A stretch of DNA of 64,000 bases, taken from Sphingobium sp. (GTDB taxonomy: Bacteria; Pseudomonadota; Alphaproteobacteria; Sphingomonadales; Sphingomonadaceae). Of this stretch, positions 49,091 to 59,376 are shown one piece after another; the stretch's first letter is position 1; each line of letters begins with the position of its first letter. The position numbers and the translations under genes were made by a program. The notes below the pieces were generated by a model. The model was not told the DNA's origin and searched no databases. It was given only the letters and a program-made list of their open reading frames with translations. The stretch spans positions 2,505-66,504 of the forward strand of contig NZ_JBMDWL010000099.1 of NCBI RefSeq assembly GCF_048594625.1. Direction: 5' to 3'.

Positions 49091-49324
49091 ATGAACACCA
49101 TCCTCGTCATCGCCCTGATCCTGGCCATGGCCGCGACGCTGTTCGCGCTGATCAGGGGCATCGTCGCCTTCCTTCAGACCACGAAGGAAGATCTGAACGC
49201 ACCCGAAGGCAGCGGCCCCAGCCCAGCGCGACTGAAACAGAACAAGATGATGATGAACCGCATCCTGTTTCAGGCCGCCGCGATCATCATCGTCGCGATC
49301 CTGCTGATGTCAAAGGGGCACTGA
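49091..49324 (+). CDS. Twin-transmembrane-helix small protein (HIG1-like)
   Basis: 77 aa with two TM helices and the central NKMMMNRILFQAAAI block typical of this alphaproteobacterial family. Confidence 0.75.
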   Translation: MNTILVIALILAMAATLFALIRGIVAFLQTTKEDLNAPEGSGPSPARLKQNKMMMNRILFQAAAIIIVAILLMSKGH

Positions 49325-49518
49325 GCCTTCGCAAAGATCCGCCATATGGCGCCAGATCGATCGATTGGCGATGCCGCATCGCAGCAATCAGTCGGAAACA
49401 CGGTCCGAATCCCCCAGGCCACGCTTTATCCGGCAACACAGGATTAACCCTGTTTCTTCACACCGCGTTTAGAGCCACGGGCAGAAGTGATTTCCGGTCG
49501 CAATAGCCGGGTCTCGCC

Positions 49519-50373
49519 ATGCAATTCTATCTCGCAACCTCCTTCATTTTTCCCCGTTCACTGCGGCTGCGCCTGTTCGCGCTCTGCTTCGTCGCCACGC
49601 ATCTGCCGCTGATCGGCTATCTGACATGGGGCTTTGCCAGCGGTCGCATCCAGTGGACCGAATTCCTGCTGCTGACCGCCGCGACCGTGGTCGGCACGGG
49701 CATCGCCCTGCTCGGCATAGGCGCGCTGCTCAGCCCCATCCAGACGCTCGCCGAAACGCTGCACCGCAATGAAGGACAGGCGTCCGCGCTGCCGGACGTC
49801 GGGGATGTCATCCATACGCTCTATGTCGGGGTTCAGCGCGCCGCCCACGCCACGCGCGAACGGCTGGACGACCTGCATCAGGCCGCGCATGAAGATCCGC
49901 TGACCGGCATCGCCAACCGGCGCGGTTTCCTGAAACATATGGAATCGCTGCCTGTCGACCGGCGCAAGGGTTGCGTCGCCATCATCGACATCGACTATTT
50001 CAAACGGGTCAACGACCTGAAAGGCCATGAGGAAGGCGACCGGGTGCTGGCCGCATTCGCCACTCGCCTGTCCGCGCTGGTGCGCCGGGTCGATATGGTC
50101 GCCCGCTGGGGTGGGGAAGAATTTGCGATCTTCTTTCAGGATTGTATCGAGGATGAAGCCAGCTGGTCGCTGGCCCGCATCGCCAGCCGTATGCGCAGCG
50201 ACCCGATCGGCGAAGTGAACGACCGCCCAATCAGCTTTTCGGCGGGCGTGTGCCGGTGGACGGGCGTCGATCTGGAAGACACGTTGCGCCGCGCCGACGA
50301 CGCCCTTTATGACGCGAAGCAGTCCGGCCGCGACCGGGTCTGCCGCGCCGCCCCGATCCTTCAGGAAGTATAA
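49519..50373 (+). CDS. Membrane-anchored diguanylate cyclase (GGDEF)
   Basis: Two or three N-terminal TM segments and the active site RWGGEEFAIFF. An RxxD I-site (RRVD) lies five residues upstream. Confidence 0.88.
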   Translation: MQFYLATSFIFPRSLRLRLFALCFVATHLPLIGYLTWGFASGRIQWTEFLLLTAATVVGTGIALLGIGALLSPIQTLAETLHRNEGQASALPDVGDVIHTLYVGVQRAAHATRERLDDLHQAAHEDPLTGIANRRGFLKHMESLPVDRRKGCVAIIDIDYFKRVNDLKGHEEGDRVLAAFATRLSALVRRVDMVARWGGEEFAIFFQDCIEDEASWSLARIASRMRSDPIGEVNDRPISFSAGVCRWTGVDLEDTLRRADDALYDAKQSGRDRVCRAAPILQEV

Positions 50374-50470
50374 TCGCGCAACACATTGTGAAACAGGCCG
50401 GAACCTGCGGTCGGGTTCATGCGCTTGATCCTTTCAAGAGAACGGCACAACCGTATCGGAAAGGACAGGC

Positions 50471-51739
50471 GTGGCCAAAAGCTGGACGGATGCCCGTCAG
50501 GATGACCTGGAACAACGCTATCGCACCGTCCGCGCATTGACGCTGGCACTGGCTGCGCCGCTGTCCGACGCGGACGCCACGGTTCAGTCGATGCCGGACG
50601 CGTCGCCCGCAAAATGGCATCTGGCCCATGTCACATGGTTTTTCGAAACCTTCGTCCTGCGCGACCATGTGCCCCATTACCGGCCGTTCGACCCGCATTA
50701 CGCCTATCTGTTCAACAGCTATTATGAGGCGGAGGGCGCACGCCATGCCCGGCCGCAACGTGGCATGCTCACCCGCCCGTCGCTGGACGACGTCCGCGCC
50801 TATCGCGCCCATGTCGATGCCGCGCTGATCGACGCGCTGGGCATGTTGCCGCAAGCGGCGCGGGCGCTGGTGACGCTGGGCCTGCACCATGAACAGCAAC
50901 ATCAGGAATTGCTGCTGACCGATCTGCTCCATCTGTTCTCGCTCAACCCGCTGGAGCCTGCCCTGTTCGACGCCCCCAACGCCACGCCGGTCGACCTGCC
51001 CGGCCCGCTCCACTGGATTGAGGGGCGACGCGGGCTGGTGGAAATTGGCGACGAAGGACGCAGCGGCTTCGCCTTCGATTGCGAAGGCCCGCGCCATAAA
51101 ACCTACTTGAACCCCCATGCGCTGGCCCACAGACCCATCACCAATGGCGAATGGATCGCCTTTATCGAGGATGGCGGCTATCGCACCGCCGCGCACTGGC
51201 TGTCGGATGGCTGGGCATGGGTACAGGCGGAAGGGATCGACGCGCCGCTCTACTGGAAACAGGGCGATCAGGGCTGGACCCGTTTCGGGCTGGACGGGCG
51301 GCAACCGGTCAATCCCGCCGCGCCCGTCACCCATGTCAGCCTGTATGAAGCCGACGCCTATGCCAGCTGGGCGGGCGCAAGGCTGCCGACCGAAGCGGAA
51401 TGGGAAAGCGCGGCGCAGAATGTCGCCAGCATCAGCGGCAATCAGCTGGACGACGCCACCTGTCCCCGCCCCCGCCCTGCCGAAGATGGCACCGGCCTTA
51501 CCCAGATGTTCGGCGATGTGTGGGAATGGACGGGCAGCGCCTATCGCCCGCATCCCGGCTTTCGCACCGCGCATGGCGCGGTGGGTGAATATAATGGCAA
51601 GTTCATGTCCGGCCAGTTCGTGTTGAAGGGCGCCAGTTGCGCCACCCCGCGCGGCCATGGCCGGGCCAGCTACCGCAATTTCTTCTACCCCCATCAACGC
51701 TGGCAGTTCACCGGGCTGCGGCTGGCAAAGGATCTCTAA
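50471..51739 (+). CDS. egtB: Ergothioneine biosynthesis sulfoxide synthase EgtB
   Basis: A DinB_2-like N-domain (SPAKWHLAHVTWFFETF) is followed by an FGE-sulfatase-like C-domain (GDVWEWTGSAYRPHPGF). GTG start. Confidence 0.88.
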   Translation: MAKSWTDARQDDLEQRYRTVRALTLALAAPLSDADATVQSMPDASPAKWHLAHVTWFFETFVLRDHVPHYRPFDPHYAYLFNSYYEAEGARHARPQRGMLTRPSLDDVRAYRAHVDAALIDALGMLPQAARALVTLGLHHEQQHQELLLTDLLHLFSLNPLEPALFDAPNATPVDLPGPLHWIEGRRGLVEIGDEGRSGFAFDCEGPRHKTYLNPHALAHRPITNGEWIAFIEDGGYRTAAHWLSDGWAWVQAEGIDAPLYWKQGDQGWTRFGLDGRQPVNPAAPVTHVSLYEADAYASWAGARLPTEAEWESAAQNVASISGNQLDDATCPRPRPAEDGTGLTQMFGDVWEWTGSAYRPHPGFRTAHGAVGEYNGKFMSGQFVLKGASCATPRGHGRASYRNFFYPHQRWQFTGLRLAKDL

Positions 51740-51744
51740 TCCCC

Positions 51745-52704
51745 ATGTTGCTGACCGATAATGCCCCGGCCCATGGCCATCATGCCGATCCCGCCTTTCT
51801 TAACGACATCATCGACGGCCTGTCGCGCAGCCCAAAGGCCACGCCGCCCGTCTGGTTCTATGATCGGCGCGGGTCGGAACTGTTCGAAGCGATCACCGAC
51901 CTGCCCGAATATTATCCCACGCGTACGGAAACCGCGCTGCTCGCCGCCCATGGTGCGGATTTCGCCGCCGCCATCGGAACCGGCCGCGCCGTTGTGGAAT
52001 TTGGCGCGGGCAGCGCGCGCAAGACGCCCCATCTGCTGCGCGCCATAGCCCCTGCCGCCTATGTCCCTATCGACATCAGCGGCGATTTTCTGCACGCCAG
52101 CAGCGCGGAACTGGCCACCGCCTTTCCCGATCTTCCCGTGCTTCCGGTCGTGGGCGATTTCAACCAGCCCATGACCCTGCCCGCCGCGATCGACGACCTG
52201 CCCCGTCTCGGCTTCTTTCCCGGTTCGACCATCGGCAACATGGAACCGGACGCAGCGGTCGACCTGCTGCGCGCCATGCGCCGCCTACTGGGCGATGAGG
52301 CGAAGCTGCTGATCGGCATGGACCGGATCAAGGATCGCGACCGGCTGATCGCCGCCTATGACGATGCGCAGGGCGTGAAGGCGGCGTTCAACATGAACCT
52401 GATCACGCGGATCAATCGCGAACTGGACGGCGACCTGCCCATCGACGGCTTTGCCCACCGCGCATTGTGGAACGATGCCAAGGCGCGGATCGAAATGCAT
52501 CTGGAGGCGCAGGCCCCACTTCATTTTCATGTCGCGGGCCAATGTTTCCGCATGGAAAGGGGTGAAACCATCCATACCGAAAGCAGCCATAAATATGGCG
52601 CGCGCGACGAACGGCTGCTGCTGCGCGCGGGTGGATGGGAACCCGCGATGGAATGGCTGGACGCCGAAGGATTGTTCGCGCTGGTGCTGGCGGAGGCGGC
52701 GTAG
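51745..52704 (+). CDS. egtD: L-histidine N(alpha)-methyltransferase EgtD
   Basis: WFYDRRGSELFEAITDLPEYYPTRTE and VEFGAGSARKT are EgtD blocks. It starts 5 nt after the egtB stop. Confidence 0.88.
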   Translation: MLLTDNAPAHGHHADPAFLNDIIDGLSRSPKATPPVWFYDRRGSELFEAITDLPEYYPTRTETALLAAHGADFAAAIGTGRAVVEFGAGSARKTPHLLRAIAPAAYVPIDISGDFLHASSAELATAFPDLPVLPVVGDFNQPMTLPAAIDDLPRLGFFPGSTIGNMEPDAAVDLLRAMRRLLGDEAKLLIGMDRIKDRDRLIAAYDDAQGVKAAFNMNLITRINRELDGDLPIDGFAHRALWNDAKARIEMHLEAQAPLHFHVAGQCFRMERGETIHTESSHKYGARDERLLLRAGGWEPAMEWLDAEGLFALVLAEAA

Positions 52705-52952
52705 ACAGCGAAACGTGGCAGTATGCCGCCATGGCATGCCTCCGCGCGCATAATCCAGTTAGACCTTATCCCGCCCCAGCGCAGGCTGGGCTTTCAGGAT
52801 ATGGCGCGGCATGGCCTGAACCGGGCACCCCTGCACCCCCGCCTGAAATGCCGCTGGGCGTCACATCCCTGCCAGCGACCGCTGCATGACGAACATCATG
52901 GCGCCGACCTTTTCTGATTGAAGGTCGAAAGCCGCTTGTCCGCCTTCCGCCC

Positions 52953-53660
52953 TTATCCCGTCGCCAGCAGCAAATCCCGCAAATCGGTCAGGCTGGGCAG
53001 CACATGGGCGCAGGCGAGCACCAGTTCCTCGGTCGGGGGCAGCAAGTCGGGCACCATCACCGTCGCCATCCCTGCCGCCGTTGCCGATCGCACGCCTGCA
53101 TGGCTGTCTTCCACCGCGACGCAATCGGCCGGATCGACGCCCAAGCGCGCCGCCGCAAGCAGATAGGGTTCGGGATGTGGCTTTGGTTGATCCACGTCGC
53201 TGCGCGTCACGATGACGTCGAAATAATCGATCAGGCCCGCCTTCGCCAACCGGTCCTGCGCGAAAGGCGCGGCGGTGGAGGTTGCGAGCGCCATCGCAAT
53301 ACCCGCTCGCCGCAGATGATCGAGCAGCAGCACAGCACCGGGCCGCAGGGCGATCCCCGCATCCACAGCCGCCTCAAATAGCGCGTCACTCTCTGCATAG
53401 AAGCGCGCGAGCGGAAAGTCCGGCCCCATATGCTGCGCCAGCATCCGCTCATTTTCATCGCGGTGAATGCCGACCATCGACAGCAGCAGTTCGTCCGACA
53501 TCGGCCAGCCGATCGCCTGCCCCGTTTGCGCGAAGGCATGGCGATGCGCCGCCTCCGTATCGATCAGCGTCCCGTCCATGTCGAAGATGACCGCCCGGAT
53601 CGGGTCCGGCAGTCTGGATACAGCGGGCAGGGAAGCGGATTGGCGCAATGCTTGGGTCAT
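52953..53660 (-). CDS. HAD-IA family hydrolase (phosphatase / beta-PGM-like)
   Basis: Motif I VIFDMDGTLIDTE, motif IV VEDSHAGVRSATAAGM. Confidence 0.85.
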   Translation of the reverse strand: MTQALRQSASLPAVSRLPDPIRAVIFDMDGTLIDTEAAHRHAFAQTGQAIGWPMSDELLLSMVGIHRDENERMLAQHMGPDFPLARFYAESDALFEAAVDAGIALRPGAVLLLDHLRRAGIAMALATSTAAPFAQDRLAKAGLIDYFDVIVTRSDVDQPKPHPEPYLLAAARLGVDPADCVAVEDSHAGVRSATAAGMATVMVPDLLPPTEELVLACAHVLPSLTDLRDLLLATG

Positions 53661-53745
53661 GTCACCGATATGGATGCACTTCGTTCCAGTTCCATTGCAA
53701 AATGCGCAGCGCCAATTGCGGAAACGGCACCGCGTATATGCGCGC

Positions 53746-54825
53746 CTATTCCGTCACCTGCGCCTTCCACGTCGTGATCCAGTGCCACGCGCCGCGACAT
53801 TCCCCCATCGCGCTCGCTTCGATCAGCCGGAACCGGCTGCCGTCCCAGACATAGGCTTCGCTGCCGCCGCAATCGCCGATGCCACGCCCCTTGGCATAGC
53901 TGTCGAGGCGCAGCTTGTCCGCCGTCCATCCGGCATTGACCAGCATCGGCTTCACCTCTTCCTCGCTCCAGCCCGGCTTATAATCGAACCCGGCAAAGCG
54001 GAACGCGCGGCGACCCGGCTCCCCGGTGGCGATGACCGCGATGGAGGTGGCGTTATAGGCCCCGGTGCCGCAGGGGACCAGAATCAGCGTTTCGGCGCGC
54101 GACAGGCGATGCAGTTCGGGCGTCTGCATCCCCTTCATCTCGTCGGTGCAGCCGGTGAATTTGCCGATGGAAGTCAGTTCCTCGCGCCACAGGCTGGCGG
54201 GCGCGCCGCCGGTCGGCAATGCCGCGCGGCGGATGGACGGCGCGACCGGCGCCGCGCGCACCGCGATCGGACCCATCACCCCCGTCGCGACCAGCGCCGT
54301 GCTGGTCCCCGCGCGCCCCTGCCGCGCATCGATATAGCGCAGCGCAGCGCCGGAGCCGGCCAGTGAAGGCTTGCCCAGCGACTTGGTGCCCGACCTGATT
54401 TCCAGCGCATTGCCCCGCGCCATGGCGATGGCCAGCGCCGACGCCTGCGGCCCGCGCACGGTGGCGTCGCCGTCCCGGCTCATCGCGCTGGCGATGCGGC
54501 GCCCGTCGACATGGAAACTCAGTTCCCCGCCGCTCTTGGAATCGCGACTGACCCATACTTCGGCGTCGGTGTCGGGACCGGCATCGCGCACCACGCCCAC
54601 CATGACCGGGCTGTCGGGCCAGTCGCTGCCCTCCGCCAGCAGGGACACGGCCTCACACCGGTTGCGATTGTCGCATCCGACGGTCCAGTCCTTATAGGTT
54701 TGCAGCGCACCGGGCTTCGGCCCCGACGCCGCTTTCGGCGCGACAGGCGCAGATGTTTGCGCGCCCAGCGAAGCCGTCCAGCCCAGAGCCGCCAGCGCGG
54801 CCAGCAAAAAATGCTTTGTCCCCAT
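53746..54825 (-). CDS. DUF1176-like periplasmic protein
   Basis: Signal peptide MGTKHFLLAALAALGWTASLGAQ and the block YKDWTVGCDNRNRCEAVSL, with a repeated Cys pattern. Confidence 0.65.
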   Translation of the reverse strand: MGTKHFLLAALAALGWTASLGAQTSAPVAPKAASGPKPGALQTYKDWTVGCDNRNRCEAVSLLAEGSDWPDSPVMVGVVRDAGPDTDAEVWVSRDSKSGGELSFHVDGRRIASAMSRDGDATVRGPQASALAIAMARGNALEIRSGTKSLGKPSLAGSGAALRYIDARQGRAGTSTALVATGVMGPIAVRAAPVAPSIRRAALPTGGAPASLWREELTSIGKFTGCTDEMKGMQTPELHRLSRAETLILVPCGTGAYNATSIAVIATGEPGRRAFRFAGFDYKPGWSEEEVKPMLVNAGWTADKLRLDSYAKGRGIGDCGGSEAYVWDGSRFRLIEASAMGECRGAWHWITTWKAQVTE

Positions 54826-54893
54826 GGGTTAACCATAACCGATTTGCATCGGCAGGGGTAGGGTCTAACGTTACGCTTCCTTTACGACCGCGA

Positions 54894-56207
54894 TCAGAGG
54901 CTGAGCATCAGCCCCGCCAGCGCCGCGCTCATCAGATTGGCCAGGCTGCCCGCCACCAGCGCCTTCAGCCCCAGCTTCGCGATCATCGGTCGCTGATTGG
55001 GGGCAAGGTTGCCGGTCACCGCCATCTGGATCGCGATGGAGCTGAAATTGGCGAAGCCGCACAGCGCAAAGGTGATGATGGCGATGGTCGCGGGCGACAG
55101 CGCGCCCTGCACCTGACCCAGATTGATATAGGCGACAAATTCATTCAGCACGACCTTGGTGCCGAACAGGCCGCCCGCAACCTGCGCTTCATTCCATGGA
55201 ATGTTGAGCAGATACATGACGGGCGAGAAAACATAGCCCAGCAGCATCTGGAAACTGAGGTCGGGATAGCCGAACCAGGCGCCGATGCCCCCCAATATGC
55301 CGTTGGCCAGCGCCACCAGCGCGACGAAGGCCAGCACCATGGCGCCGACCGCGACGGCCAGCTTCACGCCGGTCTGCGCGCCCTGCGCCGCCGCCATGAT
55401 GATATTGGCGGGCTTTTCCTCGTCATGGGTGGCGACCGGCATGGGTTCGCCCGGCGTCGTTTCCGCGTTCAGCGCCTGCGACACCGCCGCGCTGCGCCGC
55501 ATTTCGGGCAGGTGGATGTCGTCTTCCAGCGGCAGTTCGGGTTCACGCTCCGGCTCGTCGGGCATCATGATCTTGGCCATCAGCAGACCGCCGGGCGCCG
55601 CCATGAAACTGGCCGCCAGCAGATAGTCGATCTTGATCCCCATGGATGCATAGGCGGCAAGAATGGTGCCCGCCACGCCCGCCATGCCGCTGGTCATCAC
55701 GGTGAACAGCTGCGGCGGGGTCAGGCCCGCCAGATAGGGGCGGATGACGAGCGGGCTTTCGCTCTGCCCCACGAAGATATTGGCCGCCGCGCACAGGCTT
55801 TCCACCTTGGACACGCCCGTCACCTTCTCGATCGCGCCGCCGACCCAGCGGACGACGAACTGCATGATCCCCAGATAATAGAGGATCGACACCAGACTGG
55901 CGAAGAAGATGATGACCGGCAGCGCCGCGATGGCAAAGCTGGCCCCGCCCATTTCGGGCTTGGCCAGCGGGCCGAAGATGAAATCGGTACCCGCCTGCGC
56001 ATAGCTCAGCAGGTTCGAAACCCCCTTCGACATGCCGCCGATGATGGCGCGACCAGCCGGGACATAGAGCACCAGAATGGCGATTCCGGCCTGAAGCAGG
56101 AACGCTGCCCCCACGACGCGCAGCCGGATGGCGCGGCGATTGGACGACAGGGCGAAAGCGATGGCAAGAATGAGGACGATGCCGGCAAGGCCGATAAGAA
56201 GATGCAT
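54894..56207 (-). CDS. NupC/NupG (CNT) family nucleoside transporter
   Basis: 437 aa polytopic protein with an N-terminal LIGLAGIVLILAIAFALSSNRRAIRLR and conserved CNT core blocks. Confidence 0.85.
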   Translation of the reverse strand: MHLLIGLAGIVLILAIAFALSSNRRAIRLRVVGAAFLLQAGIAILVLYVPAGRAIIGGMSKGVSNLLSYAQAGTDFIFGPLAKPEMGGASFAIAALPVIIFFASLVSILYYLGIMQFVVRWVGGAIEKVTGVSKVESLCAAANIFVGQSESPLVIRPYLAGLTPPQLFTVMTSGMAGVAGTILAAYASMGIKIDYLLAASFMAAPGGLLMAKIMMPDEPEREPELPLEDDIHLPEMRRSAAVSQALNAETTPGEPMPVATHDEEKPANIIMAAAQGAQTGVKLAVAVGAMVLAFVALVALANGILGGIGAWFGYPDLSFQMLLGYVFSPVMYLLNIPWNEAQVAGGLFGTKVVLNEFVAYINLGQVQGALSPATIAIITFALCGFANFSSIAIQMAVTGNLAPNQRPMIAKLGLKALVAGSLANLMSAALAGLMLSL

Positions 56208-56378
56208 GAAGCGCTTTCGCGGGAAATGACAAACCGCGCGACTATATGGCCCCGGACGTCGGGATGCCAGAGCGTTTCCATGCTACAAAGCCGCTACATC
56301 GGGCAATCGGGCGGAGACGTCGCGCGTCCAGACATGATCCTTGAGGGTCTTTGCAGGAAGACAGGAGGGATCGAGACC

Positions 56379-57266
56379 ATGTCGGGACGGGATGACGCGC
56401 ATGATCACGGGTTGCAGCATGACCTGCAACGGATGCACGATCTGGCGCGGGAGAATATCGGGCGGCGGCGCACTTTGCGGCTGCTCTTTTCGGTGAGCGG
56501 CGCGGCGCTGATCGGCGCATGCGGTGGCGGTTCGGCATCGTCCGGCGAATCGACCAGCACGACAACCCCGGCTCCAACGCCTACCCCCACACCGACGCCG
56601 ACCGCCACCGGCAGCTGCGTCGCCGATCCGGAGGAAACCAACGGCCCCTACCCCGCCGACGGCTCCAACAGCCGCAACGGCACGGTCGTCAATGTGCTGG
56701 ACGACAGTGGCATCGTGCGCGGCGACATCCGCTCCAGTTTCGGATCGTCTACCGCCACGGCCAGCGGCCTCTACACGACGCTGACGATCACGCTGGTCAA
56801 TGTGAATGGCGGCTGCGCACCGCTGGCGGGCTATGCCATCTATATCTGGCATTGCGACATCAACGGCAAATATTCGCTCTACGACCTGCCCGCCGAAAAT
56901 TATCTGCGTGGGCTGGGGGTGACCGACGCGAACGGTCAGCTGACCTTCACGACCATCTTCGCCGGATGTTATGACGGGCGATACCCCCATATCCATTTCG
57001 AGGTCTATCCCAGCCTGGCGCGGGCAACGGCCTATGGCAACCGCATCCTCTGTTCGCAATTCGCCATGCCCGCCGCGACCTGTTCCACCGTCTACGCCAC
57101 CAGCGCCTATGCCAGCAGCCGCAACAATTTCGCGGGGGAAAGCATCAGCAGCGACAATGTATTCGGCGACAATTCGGCGGCGCAACAGGCGGCCATGACC
57201 ATCGCCATGACCGGCGACATCACCAACGGCTTCACCGGCACGGTCACCGTAGGCGTCGCGATCTGA
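56379..57266 (+). CDS. Intradiol ring-cleavage dioxygenase-like lipoprotein (Tat signal, Pro/Thr linker)
   Basis: GRRRTLRLL...LIGAC (Tat signal plus lipobox), a TTTPAPTPTPTPTPTATG linker, and the metal-site block YDGRYPHIHFEVY. AGGAGG lies 10 nt upstream of ATG 56379. The upstream part of the 837-aa track ORF is antisense to nupC. Confidence 0.78.
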   Translation: MSGRDDAHDHGLQHDLQRMHDLARENIGRRRTLRLLFSVSGAALIGACGGGSASSGESTSTTTPAPTPTPTPTPTATGSCVADPEETNGPYPADGSNSRNGTVVNVLDDSGIVRGDIRSSFGSSTATASGLYTTLTITLVNVNGGCAPLAGYAIYIWHCDINGKYSLYDLPAENYLRGLGVTDANGQLTFTTIFAGCYDGRYPHIHFEVYPSLARATAYGNRILCSQFAMPAATCSTVYATSAYASSRNNFAGESISSDNVFGDNSAAQQAAMTIAMTGDITNGFTGTVTVGVAI

Positions 57267-57326
57267 ACCACGGGAATTGCACGGATGACTTTGCAGGGGG
57301 CGATGTACGCCGATATGCTGCCCGCC

Positions 57327-58052
57327 ATGGACGGTTCACGCATATTGGTGGTCGATGACGATGCGGACATCCGCACATTGTTGTCGGACTTTCTGGAACA
57401 GCATGGCTTTGTCGTGACGGCCGTATCCGACGGCGCGGCGATGGACCGGACGCTGGCGACGCAGGATTTCGACATTGCCGTGCTGGATGTGATGATGCCG
57501 GGCGAAGACGGCCTGTCGATCCTGCGCCGCCTGTCGGCGCGGGGCGGCCTGCCCATCATTATGCTGTCGGCGATCGGCAGCGACGTCGACCGCATCGTGG
57601 GGTTGGAAATGGGGGCGGAGGATTATCTGCCCAAACCGTGCAACCCGCGCGAATTGCTGGCGCGGGTGCGCACCGTGCTGCGCCGCCACCGGCGCCATGC
57701 GGAACAGGCGGCGGATACGGGCGGGCGCAGGCTGCGCTTTGCCGGGTGGCAGGTCGATCTGGGCGCGCGCCTGCTGACCGATCCCGACAATGTCGTCGTC
57801 ACCCTGACCGACGGGGAATTCCGCCTGCTGCGCGCTTTCATCGAACACCCGCGCCGGGTGCTCAGCCGCGACCAGCTGCTCGATTATTCGGCGGGCAGCG
57901 AAAGCGAAAGCTACGACCGGGCGATCGACGTGCAGGTCAGCCGCCTGCGTCGCAAGCTGGAACGCGGCGCGCGCCCGGTCGGCACCGACGAACTGGTCCG
58001 CACCATCCGCCATGAAGGCTACATGTTCACGGCCGAAGTGCGCCCGGCTTGA
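57327..58052 (+). CDS. OmpR-family response regulator
   Basis: Receiver domain (RILVVDDDADIR...DVMMPGEDG...KP) plus a winged-helix output domain (LTDGEFRLLRAF...VSRLRRKLE...IRHEGYMF). Confidence 0.92.
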   Translation: MDGSRILVVDDDADIRTLLSDFLEQHGFVVTAVSDGAAMDRTLATQDFDIAVLDVMMPGEDGLSILRRLSARGGLPIIMLSAIGSDVDRIVGLEMGAEDYLPKPCNPRELLARVRTVLRRHRRHAEQAADTGGRRLRFAGWQVDLGARLLTDPDNVVVTLTDGEFRLLRAFIEHPRRVLSRDQLLDYSAGSESESYDRAIDVQVSRLRRKLERGARPVGTDELVRTIRHEGYMFTAEVRPA

Positions 58053-59371
58053 ACCCGATCATGACGCCCCCCAATCCGTCGATCCTGACCCGCATCGTCG
58101 CGCTGGTCGCGGCGACGCTGCTGCTGGCGCTGGGCGCGATGATGCTGGTCACCTTTCGCGGCCCGCCGCCCCATGCCCGGCCGATGATGCCGGGCGAGGC
58201 CGCCGCCCTGCTTCAGGGCAGCGCCGCCCCGGCCGGCAGCTGGACGGTGACGCGATACCTGTCCGACCGCATGCCCGCCGCCGAACCGGACCAGCTGGAC
58301 GACCCACGCGGCGCCGCGCATATCGCCGCGCTGATGGGCCTGCCCCCATCCGACGTCAACCTGCTGCGTCAGCGTCCGCCGATGCGGCTGGACGATCCCG
58401 ATCGCCGCATGATGATGCAGGCCGAACCCGGCCGGATGATGCTGCACGGCGCGTTCCTGCTGGCGCGCCGCACGCGCGATGGCTGGCAACTGGTGCAGGC
58501 GCGGCAGGGCGCGAACGAGCGCTGGTACGCCATCACCCTGTCGCTGATGGCGGGCATTTTCATCCTGCTGCTGCTGCCCGCTTATTGGGTGGCGCGGCGC
58601 ATTACCCAGCCGATCCGCATGCTGGCCGACGGCGCGGCGAACGAACGGCCCGAACGCGCCGATCCGCTGCCGTTGACCGGCCCGCCCGAAGTGCGCGCGG
58701 TGGGCGCCGCCTATAATCAGATGCGCGCCCGCATCGCCGACTATCTCAACGAACGCACCGCCATGCTGGTGGCGATCGCCCATGACCTGCGCACCCCGAT
58801 GACACGCCTGTCCTTCCGGCTGGAGGCGCTGCCCGACGGTCCACGCGCAAAGGCGCAGGCGGATGTGCAGGAAATGCGCGCCATGGTAACAGACCTTCTG
58901 GACTTCATGCGGGGGCAGGGCGATCCGGCCGCCCATATTCGCATGGACCTTAGCGCCATCGTCGCAACGCTGGCCGACGATCAGGCGGATATGGGACAGG
59001 ATGTGGTGGTGACGCGCAGCGACCGGGCGGTGGTGCGCGGCGACGCGGTGGCGCTGCGCCGCTGCATCGCCAATCTGATCGACAATGCGGTGCGCTATGG
59101 CGGATCGGCGCGGATCGCCCTGACGGTCGCCAACGGCCGGGCGACGATCGCGGTGGAGGATGATGGGCCGGGCGTGCCCGAAACGGCTATCGACCGCCTG
59201 TGCGAACCCTTCTACCGGGGGGAAGCATCGCGCAATCGCGAAACCGGCGGCGTCGGTCTGGGCCTGGCCATCGCGCGGCGCATTGCCGACGATCATCGCG
59301 GGCGGCTGAACTTCGTCAACCGCATCGGCGGCGGCCTGCGCGCCAGCATCCTGTTGCCGTTGGACGACTGA
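58049..59371 (+). CDS. EnvZ-like sensor histidine kinase (TM-periplasmic-TM-HAMP-HisKA-HATPase)
   Basis: H-box VAIAHDLRTPMTRL, N-box IANLIDNAVRYG, G-boxes DDGPGVP and GGVGLGLAI. The TTG start at 58049 overlaps the regulator's stop; an alternative ATG is at 58061. Confidence 0.9.
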   Translation: MNPIMTPPNPSILTRIVALVAATLLLALGAMMLVTFRGPPPHARPMMPGEAAALLQGSAAPAGSWTVTRYLSDRMPAAEPDQLDDPRGAAHIAALMGLPPSDVNLLRQRPPMRLDDPDRRMMMQAEPGRMMLHGAFLLARRTRDGWQLVQARQGANERWYAITLSLMAGIFILLLLPAYWVARRITQPIRMLADGAANERPERADPLPLTGPPEVRAVGAAYNQMRARIADYLNERTAMLVAIAHDLRTPMTRLSFRLEALPDGPRAKAQADVQEMRAMVTDLLDFMRGQGDPAAHIRMDLSAIVATLADDQADMGQDVVVTRSDRAVVRGDAVALRRCIANLIDNAVRYGGSARIALTVANGRATIAVEDDGPGVPETAIDRLCEPFYRGEASRNRETGGVGLGLAIARRIADDHRGRLNFVNRIGGGLRASILLPLDD

Positions 59372-59376
59372 CGCCG

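Noticed and set aside
54753-56378. 5' two-thirds of the 837-aa plus-strand ORF
   Set aside because: This part is antisense to nupC. Only the 3' part from ATG 56379 (AGGAGG RBS, Tat signal) looks like a real protein.
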